A stretch of DNA of 57,913 nucleotides, the filler included, from Dugesia japonica (taxonomy: Eukaryota): assembly GCA_001938525.1 (NCBI GenBank). It is 5 parts of 5 records of this genome, joined end to end, with 100 filler letters (N's around TTAATTAATTAA, not from the genome) between each part and the next. Parts side by side here need not be neighbours in the genome. Positions count along the whole stretch, not along the records: positions 19,000 to 28,909 come from MQRL01197418.1; positions 29,010 to 46,264 come from MQRL01638901.1; 3 more parts are not named here. The stretch is one strand, 5' to 3'. This document shows positions 27,081 to 39,658 of this stretch, one piece after another. Each line of letters starts with the position of its first letter. Positions within the stretch are counted from its first letter, which is position 1. The translations under genes were made by a program, and so were the position numbers. The notes below the pieces were generated by a model. That model saw only the letters and a program-made list of their open reading frames with translations, was not told where the DNA came from and searched no databases.

Positions 27081-27728
27081 ATGATTCAATTTTCAAAATG
27101 TTCATTAAGTTTAACTAAAGCAGATATTTGTAGCTCGAATATTATTGGCCAAGTTGATAACAAATTTATTTTTGCCAAATCATTGCAATACAACGGAAAT
27201 ATTCTTATGTTTGCTGTCGATCAGCATGCGGCTCATGAAAGAATTCTTCTTGAAGATTTGCAAAGAAAGTTTAGGTCGAATAATTGTTTAAAACTATGTC
27301 ATTTGTTAAACCCTATTAAAGTTCATAATTTGGAATATTTTGATGAATTAAATTCATTAATAGAAAAATTTGGATTTTTAGTGAGTCCAAGCGAATCTTC
27401 TAAAAATGTATGTTATCTTACTATGGTACCTCTAATATTAATGAAAAATGATACCCTGTCAATACCTGCAATGAAAGTTATAGATATTATTTATTCAATA
27501 TTAAAAGATCCAACTAAAGATAAAGAAACCATAATGATGCATATATTAAAATCTAAAGCTTGTTGTAATGCAATAAAATTTGGAGATATTTTAAATACAA
27601 GAGAAATGCAAAGATTAGTAGATGAATTGTCGAAATGTTCATTACCATTCCAATGTGCTCATGGCAGACCATCCGTAATCCCAATTGCTATTTTGTCTCC
27701 AATTGATAAAGATAATGAATTTATATAA
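27081..27728 (+). CDS. MLH3: MLH3-type MutL C-terminal endonuclease/dimerisation domain (terminal exon or truncated gene)
   Basis: GQVDNKFI, DQHAAHERILLE (DQHAx2Ex4E metal-binding motif), SKACCNAIKFGD, LPFQCAHGRPS; intact reading frame. Confidence 0.88.
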   Translation: MIQFSKCSLSLTKADICSSNIIGQVDNKFIFAKSLQYNGNILMFAVDQHAAHERILLEDLQRKFRSNNCLKLCHLLNPIKVHNLEYFDELNSLIEKFGFLVSPSESSKNVCYLTMVPLILMKNDTLSIPAMKVIDIIYSILKDPTKDKETIMMHILKSKACCNAIKFGDILNTREMQRLVDELSKCSLPFQCAHGRPSVIPIAILSPIDKDNEFI

Positions 27729-28199
27729 TATTTGTATTTTGTTAATTAATTATAACTTGTTTAATAGTCTTTCTAGATTGTAAATATAGTTCTAAAATCA
27801 TTTTTTGAAGATGTCATTTTTGTCAGTCATATTTTAGACTTTTATTTACATCATTTAATAAATAATTTTTGCAAATTTTTACCAGATGAATTCATAACAC
27901 ATAGAAATATTATTTGAATGTGAAAGAGGAAAGGTAACAAGACCCAATAAAAATAACTAATTTTAAATAAACAGTTGAATAATAACTTTTTAAATTATCT
28001 TTATCTATGACAATTGATGGAGTACACATAAATTATTACAATTAATAACTGATTTATTATTAATTTTGATATTATTTTTGCCGAGTGCGTAGTTTTGCAT
28101 GATAAATTTTACTCAGATTTCAAATCAAAACTAATTGATTTACAAAATATTCGATAATATTTTTGTAAACAAACAGGCGAATTTATCATAAAAAATTTA

Positions 28200-28909
28200 G
28201 CAAAGTTGTTTCTTAAATTATCATTTTTAATGGGAATTTTTATGAATTATTATAAGTATAAATGAAAATTTCACGAAACTTTTAATATGTTAAAATCACT
28301 ATAAATTTTTTTGTTAAGTTACTTAAATAAATGAAAAATTTGAAAAATATCAAATTTAATATTTGCTTTAAAATTGTATAATTATTTGCTTTCATGATCG
28401 TCTTTATGTTTGTAACTGTTTTTTTGATAACTAAAAAGAACTAGATACACAAAATATATTTTAAAAATCTGCCGATTACCTAATTAGTTCGACTAAACAA
28501 CATATATTCCTAAATCCCCCTCTCGTATTTATCGTTGGTATTTAGGATTTACTTTTCGCTCTCGAATTGGGTAGCGCTGTTTTTATTTTCGGTTTCTCCA
28601 ACTCTAATGTATTAGTTCTAGTTGTTCCACTGATGATAGATTCAGACGAATCTCTCCCTTGAACCGTTTTACTTGGTGAATATTCTTTGTTATTCTTTTA
28701 TTGTTCAGTAAAAGCTCTAAATTATTATTATGTAAAATATTATTAACTTTCTATGGTCTTGAGATTCTCCTCCTAAGCATACCTCTCTCGTTGGTTTTTA
28801 CCATAACCAAATTCCCTACTTTGGCTTTGTTTTGCTCTGTTTGTGGTTCTTCCAGTATTTTTAGCTGGTTTCTTTTCTCCTTAATATGGTTTTCTGCAAA
28901 CTCTTTCTT
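28200..28909 (-). mobile_element. Gypsy 3' end (integrase tail, PPT, decayed LTR)
   Basis: PPT GAGAGGGGGAT (reverse of 28514-28524) after a K/R-rich ORF tail; the left boundary is approximate. Confidence 0.45.
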
Positions 28910-29009
28910 NNNNNNNNNNNNNNNNNNNNNNNNNNNNNNNNNNNNNNNNNNNNTTAATTAATTAANNNNNNNNNNNNNNNNNNNNNNNNNNNNNNNNNNN
29001 NNNNNNNNN
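28910..29009. other. Synthetic contig linker
   Basis: 44N-TTAATTAATTAA-44N. Confidence 0.97.
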
Positions 29010-29205
29010 ATTCGAACGATGCATTGCTATAGATTGAAAATCTATTGTATAAGAAAGTAATTTCCATCAATGCTACTTCCCAATTATTGTTCAGGTAAAT
29101 AGAATTATCAAGTTCAACTATAAATTTACTAGCATTATTATCAGGATGAATACGTGGACAACTATTACTAGGTAAAATTGTGTAGAAATTATTCGCGTTG
29201 TTCAT
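29010..29205 (-). CDS. Maverick minor capsid (penton) protein N-terminus, truncated by the contig end
   Basis: FYTILPSNS..HPDNNASKFIVELDNSIYL..NWEVALMEI, the typical Maverick minor capsid start. Confidence 0.8.
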
Positions 29206-29209
29206 TGTT

Positions 29210-30000
29210 AACTAATTGAGATGTAGATATCAAAGTAGGTTTTTCGTAACCATGCCATTTTACATATAATTGTTTATATTTAGCAGTTGCTTTTAGCTTT
29301 ATAATCTTTTCTATTCTAAATACTGTTTGTGATACTATGGCTTCTAATTCTGGTTCATAAAATTTTCAAACAATAACATTTTCTTCATGATCTTTTATCA
29401 CATACATGACTGGGTTTAGCTTGAAATTCGTCTTTGATATTTGAAATACTTCATCACTCCAATTATTATTTAAATTCTTGATGAATGGTGAAGCTGATAT
29501 CTTTGAAATTCTTATATGATTACCAACTTTATATTTAGGTTTCATAATTTCTTTTGGTTTTTGTTTCAATAACTATAATTTCATTGAATTGTCATCAACA
29601 GGTAGTGCTCCATTTAATCCTTTATGACTTTTGTGATTTAACTGTCAATTATGCTTTGTCATATCCATGCCTTATTACCAGTATGTGCAAAGTACTTTTT
29701 CAATGCACCTCTCAATGTTTGATTAAATATTTCAACATATTCGCTTTGTAATGTGAAAATACGGAATAATGGTTAATTTTTAGATGATTCATAATATTCT
29801 TAACTTTGAATTATAAAATTCCTTTCCTAAATCAGTTTGTAAATTAGCTGAATGACCATCTTTAAAAATAATCTTGATTGAAGCTTCAATTTCATTACAC
29901 GACTTTGATTTTTCAGGTACTGCTCTTGCAAATCTACTAAATACATCAATATATGTTAAAATATACTTGTATCCTTTATTTATTCTCGCTAATTTCTTAT
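29210..30000 (-). pseudogene. Maverick c-integrase with C-terminal chromodomain
   Basis: YKYILTYIDVFSRFA, LQTDLGKEFYN, KPKYKVG..IRISK, NWSDEVF, FYEPEL, FRIEKII..LYVKWHGY. Confidence 0.9.
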
Positions 30001-30039
30001 TCTTAGTTGTAACAATTGAAAGCAATGACTTTTTATGAT

Positions 30040-30210
30040 GTTTTAAAATACGTTTTTTTATTTTTTGAGAATTACATTTCCTCGAACAATATTTCCAACA
30101 ATCTCAATTACAAACTTTGGAAATGACTGTAACATATTCATTGTAGACTCCTGTAGAGCTTTTAACAATAACTTAAAATAAGGAAGACTTTGTTCAAATG
30201 CCATAATATT
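30040..30210 (-). pseudogene. Small conserved Maverick protein upstream of the integrase
   Basis: FVIEIVGNIVRGNVIL matches the EI..N.L.GNV.L motif seen in small Maverick ORFs. Confidence 0.5.
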
Positions 30211-30963
30211 TATTAATTAAACATATTTAGATTGTTTATAGCTTGCTCCATTTACCAATTGATTGAATCTTTATCTTTTCTTTCTTTTTTGCTGCTTCCT
30301 TTGCTTTTTCTTGTTTATAATCTTTGAATACCCTTTAATTATTCCTTCGATTGCTTCCTTAATTCCTTTTTATTGATTTCTTTATAGATTTCTTTATTGT
30401 CCTCTTTATTGGCTTCTTTATCGCATTTCTTATAGACTTGATATAATTTGGAATAGTATTGTCATTATAACCAGTTTGGTTGGTCATTTTAATTTAAAGT
30501 TTCCTTAATAGTATAAGGATTAGCTAAAACTTTAGAAAATTTAGACATTTTGTAAGAAATAATTTACTTACTTTTATTGTTTATAGACTGTAACACCATT
30601 TGTATTGAAAATATCTGTTCGAACTCTAAGATTATCACATCTATCCACATACTAGTAATTCATTCACTTATTAGATCTTTTGAAAAAAGATACTCTAATT
30701 TTGAAACAGGTAATTAATCCAACCATTTGAATATCCATTTTAAATAATCCATTCGCTTAATACATTGACCGCTCATTTCAATAATTATCCACTAAGTTTC
30801 TTAAATTTTCTGATTTTCTTAATAAAATTTTAATTACAACATGCAAAATATAGACTGAGATTTAAAAGTTGTGTAAAATTTCTTTAAGTCACTTAAGATT
30901 TTAATATATTTATTTATTGAATGTATTTCACTTTAATTATGATTTAATTGCTTCAAATAAATG

Positions 30964-31010
30964 GATAGTAGCGCACGGGACCAACCCACCTTTGAGGGAG
31001 AAAATTTTAT
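30964..31010 (+). repeat. Putative Maverick terminal repeat
   Basis: GATAGTAGCGCACGGGACCAACCCACC..GAGGGAGAAAA aligns to 17139-17180. Confidence 0.4.
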
Positions 31011-33199
31011 TGGTCATACATACTTTTTAGGGTTTTGATTGACCGAAATTTTAAGGTCAAGTGGCCCCATTTTAAACATTTTGATTGGTAAAAATTTTAA
31101 AGGTCAAGATGATTTGTTTTTTGTTTTACTTAAGTGAAATTAACGAATGTTGTTTAAATTAAGAGGGAATAATGATTTTTTTCCTTGTTTAAATTAGTTG
31201 ATTTTTATGATTTGTTTAAATTTACTATTGGGTTTTTAAAATTTTGTGTTAAATTAATTTATTTTATCACCTCTTAATTTCAATCTCGCATTTTATAAAT
31301 TATTATACCGTCCAGGGGCAACCTAAAAACCTCAAGCGTTTGTATCACCTCTGTGACATGCCCCTCTTTTTCAAGAGTTCAGCGCGACTTTGTGGTATCA
31401 CGTCTTACTCGCTAGATTTATGAACCCTAACAGCAATATCTATCACATGCTCAGTATTTCCTTTATCAATACAAACTTAATTAATATAACTGGTCATACA
31501 TAACCGTTCTCAAATCACACAGAAGTCTCATTAACATGGAAAATTATTTATTAATCTAAACAGGCGCAATCAGGAGTCACAATCCCCGGTATTAGTCTCC
31601 CCCACCGAATCGTGTGGAGTTGATCTCTAATTTAACCATAACGTTCTCAAGGAGACCAACATGGAGCTTTCTGGGTTGGCGTATGTCTTGATAACATCCG
31701 CCATAAGCCGGTTCGCATGCTTTAGTATGCTTAAGTTTTGCCGTGGACTTAATTACCTGTCCCTTCAGCCTCAGGATTTCATTTTGCAACTCCATTCGCT
31801 TCTCCTTCCAACGCTTCTGTGCTGTCAATAACTCCTTCTTGGTCACCATTTCCTCGTTTGATTTGTTCAGTAAAATAACTTTATAATGATGAATGCATGA
31901 GAAAGTAAATATTGTAAACAAAATAATATAAATTTTTAGTAATTCACTCTTTAAACAACAATCTTAGATTGGCAAACTAATCGAATCAATGATACTACTA
32001 GTGAAATTAAAGCAGTTTACATTGATTAAAATTAATGGAAAATTTATGAACAGTAAAATATTATCATTAAAACTACGATAATTATCCGCCACCTCTGCAG
32101 CTCATTCAAAAAATCAAAATAATTCAACACTGTGACATAAATATCACATTTTTATAGACAAACAATACGTTTTATTATCCTTCGTCCAATTCCACAGAGC
32201 TCATTTCACCCAACCCCACCAGCTCCTGAATTATCTGGAACTCCTCAATTATTTTAAAAAATGTAATTTCAAATCTTTAAATCTTCCAAAAAAACTATAT
32301 TTTTAAAAGCTGAATATTTAAACAAACATTTTAAATATTTAAAAAAATTTCTTGAAATCTCTAATAACATTTTCTGCTTCAAACTTTAAATTGCAATTTT
32401 CAATTTTTAATCCTCTCACTTGTTTCGAGTTCANNNNNNNNNNNNNNNNNNNNNNNNNNNNNNNNNNNNNNNNNNNNNNNNNNNNNNNNNNNNNNNNNNN
32501 NNNNNNNNNNNNNNNNNNNNNNNNNNNNNNTAAGTTTAATGAGAATTTGTTGTTCAACCTTGTTGTACGGACAAAAAGTTAAAAATTTGTTGCTTTTTGA
32601 CTAAAATTCAGGGGGTTTAAATAGCATTTCTGATGGCACCCCGATTTGCTCGGCATTGGCCAGCTATTTTTAGTTTAAATTTCTTGCTTTTCATTGGATT
32701 TGGTGTGGATTTTCCAGATTTTTTATAGATTTCTTGAACTGTTATTGGCCTCTATTTTTAAATCAACATGTGATGATCAGGTCTTTGTTTTATTTTTATT
32801 TCTTGGGTTGTTATTGGGCCAATTTTTGAACCTTTGTAGTAACCTTCTCAATGGTGCTATACTTTTTTGGATACGAAATTCCGATGCTCCGATACGTTTC
32901 CTGTTTAAAAGTTTTTAGCGCTAGCTTCTACGATTTTTCTGGACAAAGTTATTCACAAAAAACGGATTTTTTCTAATTCAGATTTATTTTCCGTTAAAAA
33001 TTAATTAATAATTCTTCATTAATTAATTCTTCTTCAAAATTAATTTTCTTGTATTTAATATAAATTATTAATTTTTTCTAATTATTGTTTTCACGATGGT
33101 GGCATTTCCCCATTGCGAATCTTCATACTCATTTCCATTTAATTTCGGTATATATTTTATTCGTTATTTCGATCACCTGTTGCCCGAAATTTTATTGTA

Positions 33200-34670
33200 C
33201 TCCTTCTATCACCATTTGTTCTTAATGGGCTTCCTTTTTGATCCATCTATCTTTATTAGTTTATAATTTGGGCCCTTGGTCTCAATTTTCTTCCAATATT
33301 GGGTTTTTCTCCCAAACAATTTTCTTGATCACAGTATATGGTCCTAAATATCTATCTTGATCTGTAATAAGTATTTTTTGTTTAATTAGCACATCGTCTC
33401 CTATATTCAAATTCCGTGTTGTTCTTATGTTATCGTCCTTCTTTTGAGTTTCAATTTTCATCATAATTGCTTCTCTATCTACTTTGCTGTTACTAAACCA
33501 TTTTGATCTAGTTATTTTTCATCCAAATACAATTTCTGCTTGAATTACTCCGTTGGTTTTCTGAGTTATGGAATTAAAATCATACTCAATTTCTGATAAT
33601 ATATCTGCTCAATTCGTATTGCGTCGATTTTTTATTGATGCATTTATGTATTCTCTAATAGATCGAAACTGTATGTGCACCACGCCATTGGTATTGTGAT
33701 GTTATGGACTAGAGAATAATTACTCAATTCCTGTTTCACTGGTTACTTTCTTTACCTCCTTTGCTTCAAAGCCTTTCCCACAATCTATGTATAATTCCTT
33801 TGGTGCTTCAAATTTTAATATCCACTTATTCAGTAAAATGCTGACTATTGCCTTTTCATCTTGTATATTTATAGCATTCAATACTATATATTTACTGTAT
33901 TGGTAGATAATAGCACAAATATATCTCTCTCTCTTTTTAGTGTTTCTTTTCACTATCCACATATATCCAAATTTTTTCTCGATGGTCCATTTGCCACTAC
34001 TACTTTAGTGGCTTCTTTAACTTTTGTAGTCACTGTCTTTGTCTTTTGACATTCATCACAATCGGATATAACTCTATTTACTTTAGCAACCAAATCCGTC
34101 GCATCGAAATTATTTTGTATATATTTCATTGTTTTTTTCTGCTCTTGCATGACACAGTAAGACATGAGTCTTTTTTTTTAATAATTTCTTTTTTATTTCA
34201 CGATGGAACCCATATGTTGTTATGTTTTGTGTAAACAATACCATTTTTAACAAAAAATTAGCAGTCTCCTGTCTATTAAACCCCTCAATTATTTTTTGTA
34301 TTTCTTCGTAATTATTTGGAAAATTTTCACTATTACCTATCGCCATGATGATTAAAAATTTCGTTTTAAATCGCTTTACTTTTGGTTGATCATGATCCAT
34401 CAGACATTGTACGCATGTTCCGCATGTATTTCATGAAAGCATATCTGTATTGCCGTATGTTGCACCTTTGCTAAATTCCATCTTAATATCCAGGCTACTC
34501 AAATATTTTATCCATGTTTGGAACTGTGTTGTTATTGATTTTTAGTAATTAGCAAGAATGTAATCGCTCTATGATCTGTGCGTAGTGTAAATTGTTTACC
34601 ATATAAGTATTGATTGAAATGCCGGCAGAAATAGTAGATCGCCAACAATTCTTTTCTAGTAATACAGTAA
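33200..34670 (-). mobile_element. Gypsy RNase H-integrase remnant
   Basis: YCITRKELLAIYYF, TLRTDHRA, CDECQKTK, YIDCGKGFE, SSP..HNTNG, YLGPYTV. Confidence 0.85.
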
Positions 34671-35103
34671 TAAAACATTGGGAAAATTATTTAAAAGTTG
34701 TCGTATTTTGTCATTTTTTGTTGAATAAATATATTTCATTATTAACTCTATTCCCAAATCTAACATTATTAATAATGAAACTTTAAATAATTTATTATAT
34801 AAATGAAAAAACGATTAAGGTACTCAAAATAAAAATAAACATTTATAAATTGAAGTTTTAAAGAAAAACGTCGAAAATAATATAGTAATTTATTTCTAAA
34901 GAAATATATTTTAAAATTATTTATTGTTTAAATATATCCCATACAAGTTTTATCAGTCGTTAAAAATTTGAAATAACATAATTTTTTTTAATAAATATAT
35001 CAAGTTAATAATTATTTAATTACTAATCATTACTATAAAATATATTTTTATATCCTGTTTTATGAACTCTGAGTATATTTAGCTAATTATTATAATTTAT
35101 AAA

Positions 35104-37240
35104 ATGAGGTTAATATAAAAATTTCAATTTTAACATTTTCATTTATTTTAAGTGATTTTCAATTATTCATTGATTCTATTAAATCTGATTCTGACGAAGA
35201 AATTAATTGTAAATTTCATATTGAATTTCTAGAAATGGAGGATGTTAATATAATTTTCGAATAAATAAGCTTAATAAATATTTTAAAAATAGAATGATTC
35301 ATGTCGTCCTTTACATCACGCATGTCAACATGGTCGAGTAGGATTGGTAAAGTTATTATTGTCCAATCATTGTAAAATTGATTCTGTCGCTAAGGTGTTT
35401 TCATTTTTAATAGTTATTTAATCAATTATTTTATTTTTTAAAATTGTTTAATATTTATTTATTTATTAGTAATTATTTTAATTTAGAATGGATATCAACC
35501 GATACATGTGGCTTGTAAAAATGGTAATATTGATATTGTGAAAATATTGATTGGAAACAATTGTGAAATGAATACATCCGAAAAATTTGTAATTTATTTG
35601 TTGGTTACTAATTATTTTACGAATTAATTCTGTTGTAGGATGGATTTCAATTGATCCATTTAGCATGTGAAAATGGTCATATTGAAATTTTGAAAATATT
35701 GATTGCCAACAAATGTGATATCAATACATCTAGTAATGTAATGAATTTATTAAATAAGTCATGAATAAATTATAATTTAGTGGGGATATCAACCAATACA
35801 TTTAGCTTGTGCGAATGGTCATATTGATATTGTGAGAATATTGATTTCAAACAATTGTGATTTAAATTCATCTGATTATGTAATTTAGTTGCTATTTATT
35901 GAGCAATTCATAAATAATTATTAATTTAGTGGGGATGTCAACCGATGCATTTGGCATGTGCAAATGGTCATATTGATATTGTGAAATTATTGATTGCAAT
36001 CAAATTGGATATTAATGCATCTAATAAAGTCATTTATTTTTTATTTACTATATATTTTATTATTAAATATTAATTTAGTTGGGTTATCAACCGATACATT
36101 TCGCTTGTAAATTTGGTCATATTGATATTCTGAAAATATTGATTGAAAAAAATTGTGATATTAATGCAACTGATAAATTTGTATGTCATTTGTTATTAAC
36201 TAAATAATTTATCAATAAATTTTAAATTAGAGAGGATATAAACCTTTACATTTGGCCTGTATGAATGGTCATATTGATATTGTGAAAATATTGATTGCAA
36301 ACAAATGTGATATTAATGCATCAGCACATGTGATTTATTTGTTAATTATTACCACTTCTGTTACAAAATAATACAAAAACAATTTAAAGGGTTATAAGAA
36401 ATAATATTTTATAATAAAGAGACATAAAATTAACAACTTCATTTTATTACCTTTTTGATATTATTAAAATAACTAAAATATAATATTATAAAAGTTTTTA
36501 TATTTATTCATAATAAGAACAATTTTGACCTTTTGCTTTTAAAACATTTTATTTTAAATAAAATGGCTTATTCAGTTATTCATCAAGTAGTATTGCTTTA
36601 AGTTTGTCACGATATATCAAGTATTTTTTGTTAATTATTATTTCAGAAAATTTTCTACACTGAACTGAACTAGTAAAGTACTATTTAATAAATGTTAATT
36701 TAGTTGGGAAATCAACCGATACATTTGGCATGCGAGAGTGGTCATACTGATATTGTGAAAATATTGATTGAAAACAATTGTGATTTCAATACACCTGATA
36801 ATATTGTAATTTCTTATTTTTTGAGATAATTTTTAATTTAATAGGGATATCAACCAATGCATTTGGCATGTGAGAATGGTCATGTTGATATTGTGAAAAT
36901 ATTGATTGAATACAATTGTGATATCAATGTATATGATAAAGTAATTTATTTGTAATTTAATAAATAATTCATAAATAAATTTAAATTTAGTGGGGAAATC
37001 AACCGATAAATTTGTCTTGCATGAATGGTCATATTGGTATTGTGAAAATATTAATAGAAAACAAATGTGATATCAATACATCCAACGAAGTAATTTTCTT
37101 TTGTTATTTATTAAATAATTTATGAATAAATGATACTTTAGTCGGGTAATCAACCGATACATTTGGCCTGTAAGAATGGTCATAATAATATTGTGGAAAT
37201 ATTGATTGCAAATAATTGCGACATGAATGATTTAACAAAA
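35104..37240 (+). CDS. Ankyrin-repeat protein, 13 exons seen, 11 of them single ankyrin repeats; 3' end not found
   Basis: Exons 35104-35108, 35153-35243, 35293-35394, 35487-35588, 35639-35737, 35781-35879, 35930-36028, 36079-36180, 36231-36329, 36704-36805, 36845-36940, 36991-37089, 37142-37240. All have GT-AG introns and no stops; consensus [28 protein letters not shown]. Confidence 0.92.
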
Positions 37241-38093
37241 GTAATTTATTAACATTAATTGCTGCAAATATAATTAAGCAGTTGTTTTACAAACTAGTTC
37301 TTACTTATTTGCTACTGCATAAAATCTATTATTTGATTTTACATTGATTTAAAACTGAAAATAAAAATTTTTAAAAATCATGTGATAGTAAAATACAATA
37401 TATTTAAAAAAAATTTTAAACCGTTAATCCTTTTATTTTCTCTGTTTTCTAATTACAAATAACAGAAATAAAAACACGAATACCACAATATTTAGACGTT
37501 ACTTGAACTATGATGGAAATTGTAAATATTTAAAAAGGAAATCTACAACAAGCCAGAAAGATATTTGGAAGGATCATTTGAATATAAAGCAATAAACCGT
37601 TTATAATCAAAATGAAATGTCCTTCATTCCAACAATGAATCACACGTGAAATATTGTATATTAAACATTTGTAGTTAAAATAGATCAAGAGTGCCCGACC
37701 TGAGGCCGTGGCTGACAAGTTTTATTTATTTACTTGAAGTTATGACCATAGACTATTGAAAAATAATCACTTTGACATTTTAGCCCTGTTTATTGCTTAT
37801 AAAAATAGTTTTATCTTAACAAATAGCTTTCTGTTCAATTTTTATTAAATATCAATATTTTGTAGATTGAAAATTAAGAAAAAAATGTCATTCTACTTTT
37901 TTAGTGAAACAAATTTTGCTACTCAAATACAAATACCTTAAAGGTTGTACACTCCCAAACTAGATAAACATAAAAAAATAATTCATAAAAGTTTATCCAA
38001 TAACTATGTATGGTAATGTCTGTTTTAAATTTTACCTTAAATTTTTTAAACTGAAATAACTCAAAGACAACTTAACTTTATTAAATTATTTTA

Positions 38094-38094
<1 letters not shown>

Positions 38095-38147
<53 letters not shown>

Positions 38148-38212
38148 NNNNNNNNNNNNNNNNNNNNNNNNNNNNNNNNNNNNNNNNNNNNNNNNNNTTA
38201 TTATTATTATTA
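38095..38212. repeat. (TTA)n microsatellite with internal gap
   Basis: Direct reading. Confidence 0.95.
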
Positions 38213-38239
38213 TATTTATTATCATATATAAAGATCTCT

Positions 38240-39220
38240 ATTAATTTCGTGTTTGTTTTAATATTTCAAAAAATATCGTCATTTCAATTGAAGATTTCAA
38301 TTATGGAAACAAGGAAATGTGTGCTATTCGTCTTTACGAGTACAAACTAAGCAACAAGGATGCATATTCAAGTCAACATATTAATAGTGAATTCAGCCAG
38401 GAGACTATAAATGAGCGCTTGATGAGGAGGTAGTTCCAAAGTTTTAGAGATGGTGATGAGAGCCTGGAAGATGTAAAAACCTTGAACGTCCAGCTTCCCT
38501 GAATAATGAAAAATTGAACGATTTGGTTAAGAAAAATCCGCGCACATCTATTTGACAGCTTTTCCAAGAGTTAAATGTCAGCCATGTAACAATTTGGAAT
38601 TATCTCAAACAATTGGGCAAGGTAAAGAAGCTTGATAAATGGTTGCCGCATAACCTAAGAAAAAACAAAAAAGTCGGTGTTTTGAAGTCTGGTCGTTGCT
38701 TCTTCTTCGGAAAATCCACGACCCTTTTATTGTTCGGATAGTGACATACGATGAAAAATGTGTGTTATATGATAACCTCAAGCGTTCCGTACAGTAGTTG
38801 GACAATTACTAAGCTCCACAACAATTGTCTAAACCTCAACTTTATCTAAGAAAGTTATGATAAGTTTTTAGTAATATTCTGGAGGCCTTATACATGATAA
38901 ATTTCTGTCTTCCGGTTACATGACTTGGGCTGTGAAATTTTGCCTCATCCTTAAAATTTCTCTTCTACTGACTATTACTTTTTTAAACATTTTGTTGTTT
39001 TTCTGGATGCAAAAATCTTTATAAACCAAGGTTTTTTTCTAAAATTGCTTTCCGTGACTTTATTGAATCCAGAGCAAAGGATTTCTACATGACTGAAATG
39101 AGAAAGGTTGTTTCCCGTTGGTAATATGCGTTCATCGTGGTGGTTTTTTTAAAATTAATACAGTTTAGTTGCCTTTAAAATTGGAAGTCAGAAACGGATA
39201 TTATTTTCTTACCAACCCAA
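38240..39220 (+). mobile_element. Mariner (Tc1/mariner) transposon, decayed and internally deleted
   Basis: HTH region FRDGDESLED, WLPHNL (WVPHEL-like), IVTYDEKCVLYDN, TDYYFF; right TIR ..TTATTTTCTTACCAACCCAA followed by TA at 39221. Confidence 0.88.
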
Positions 39221-39658
39221 TATAAAACTGAATTTTTTTTGTATTTAAAATTAAAAAAAAATTGTACATTTAAATATAAGCTTACTTGATAACTTTGTAT
39301 TGAAAAAATAAATTGGTTGTAAAACAGTAAACTTATGTATAATGTGTCGAACCCATGACTCTATGTTTCATTGGACTTTATAATTGATAGCTTTTCTGAA
39401 TGCAAAAATCTTTACAAACTAAACTGATTAAATTACTTTGATTCTTTGTATTAAATCAAGATACAACTGTTGTACTTTATCTACAATTTTAATCTTTATA
39501 CGTATTTAGTCTTCATTAAGACTATTTGATTAAAAAGATTATAGCATTTAGATCTTAGGAATATCCATTGTTTATACAAAAGCCCTTTTGAATCATCCTT
39601 AAATTATTTTTTTAGTCTATTTTTTAATACAAACGATGATCAGTATTATAGTTTGATG

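Noticed and set aside
29010-30210. Integrase/penton block as the missing part of the 46365-57899 virus
   Set aside because: Different contig, and it carries its own, differently patterned penton gene, so it is a separate Maverick lineage.
35487-37240. Regularly spaced ~100-bp repeats with variable spacers (CRISPR-like look)
   Set aside because: The repeats are coding ankyrin exons and the spacers are GT-AG introns; eukaryotic context, no cas genes.
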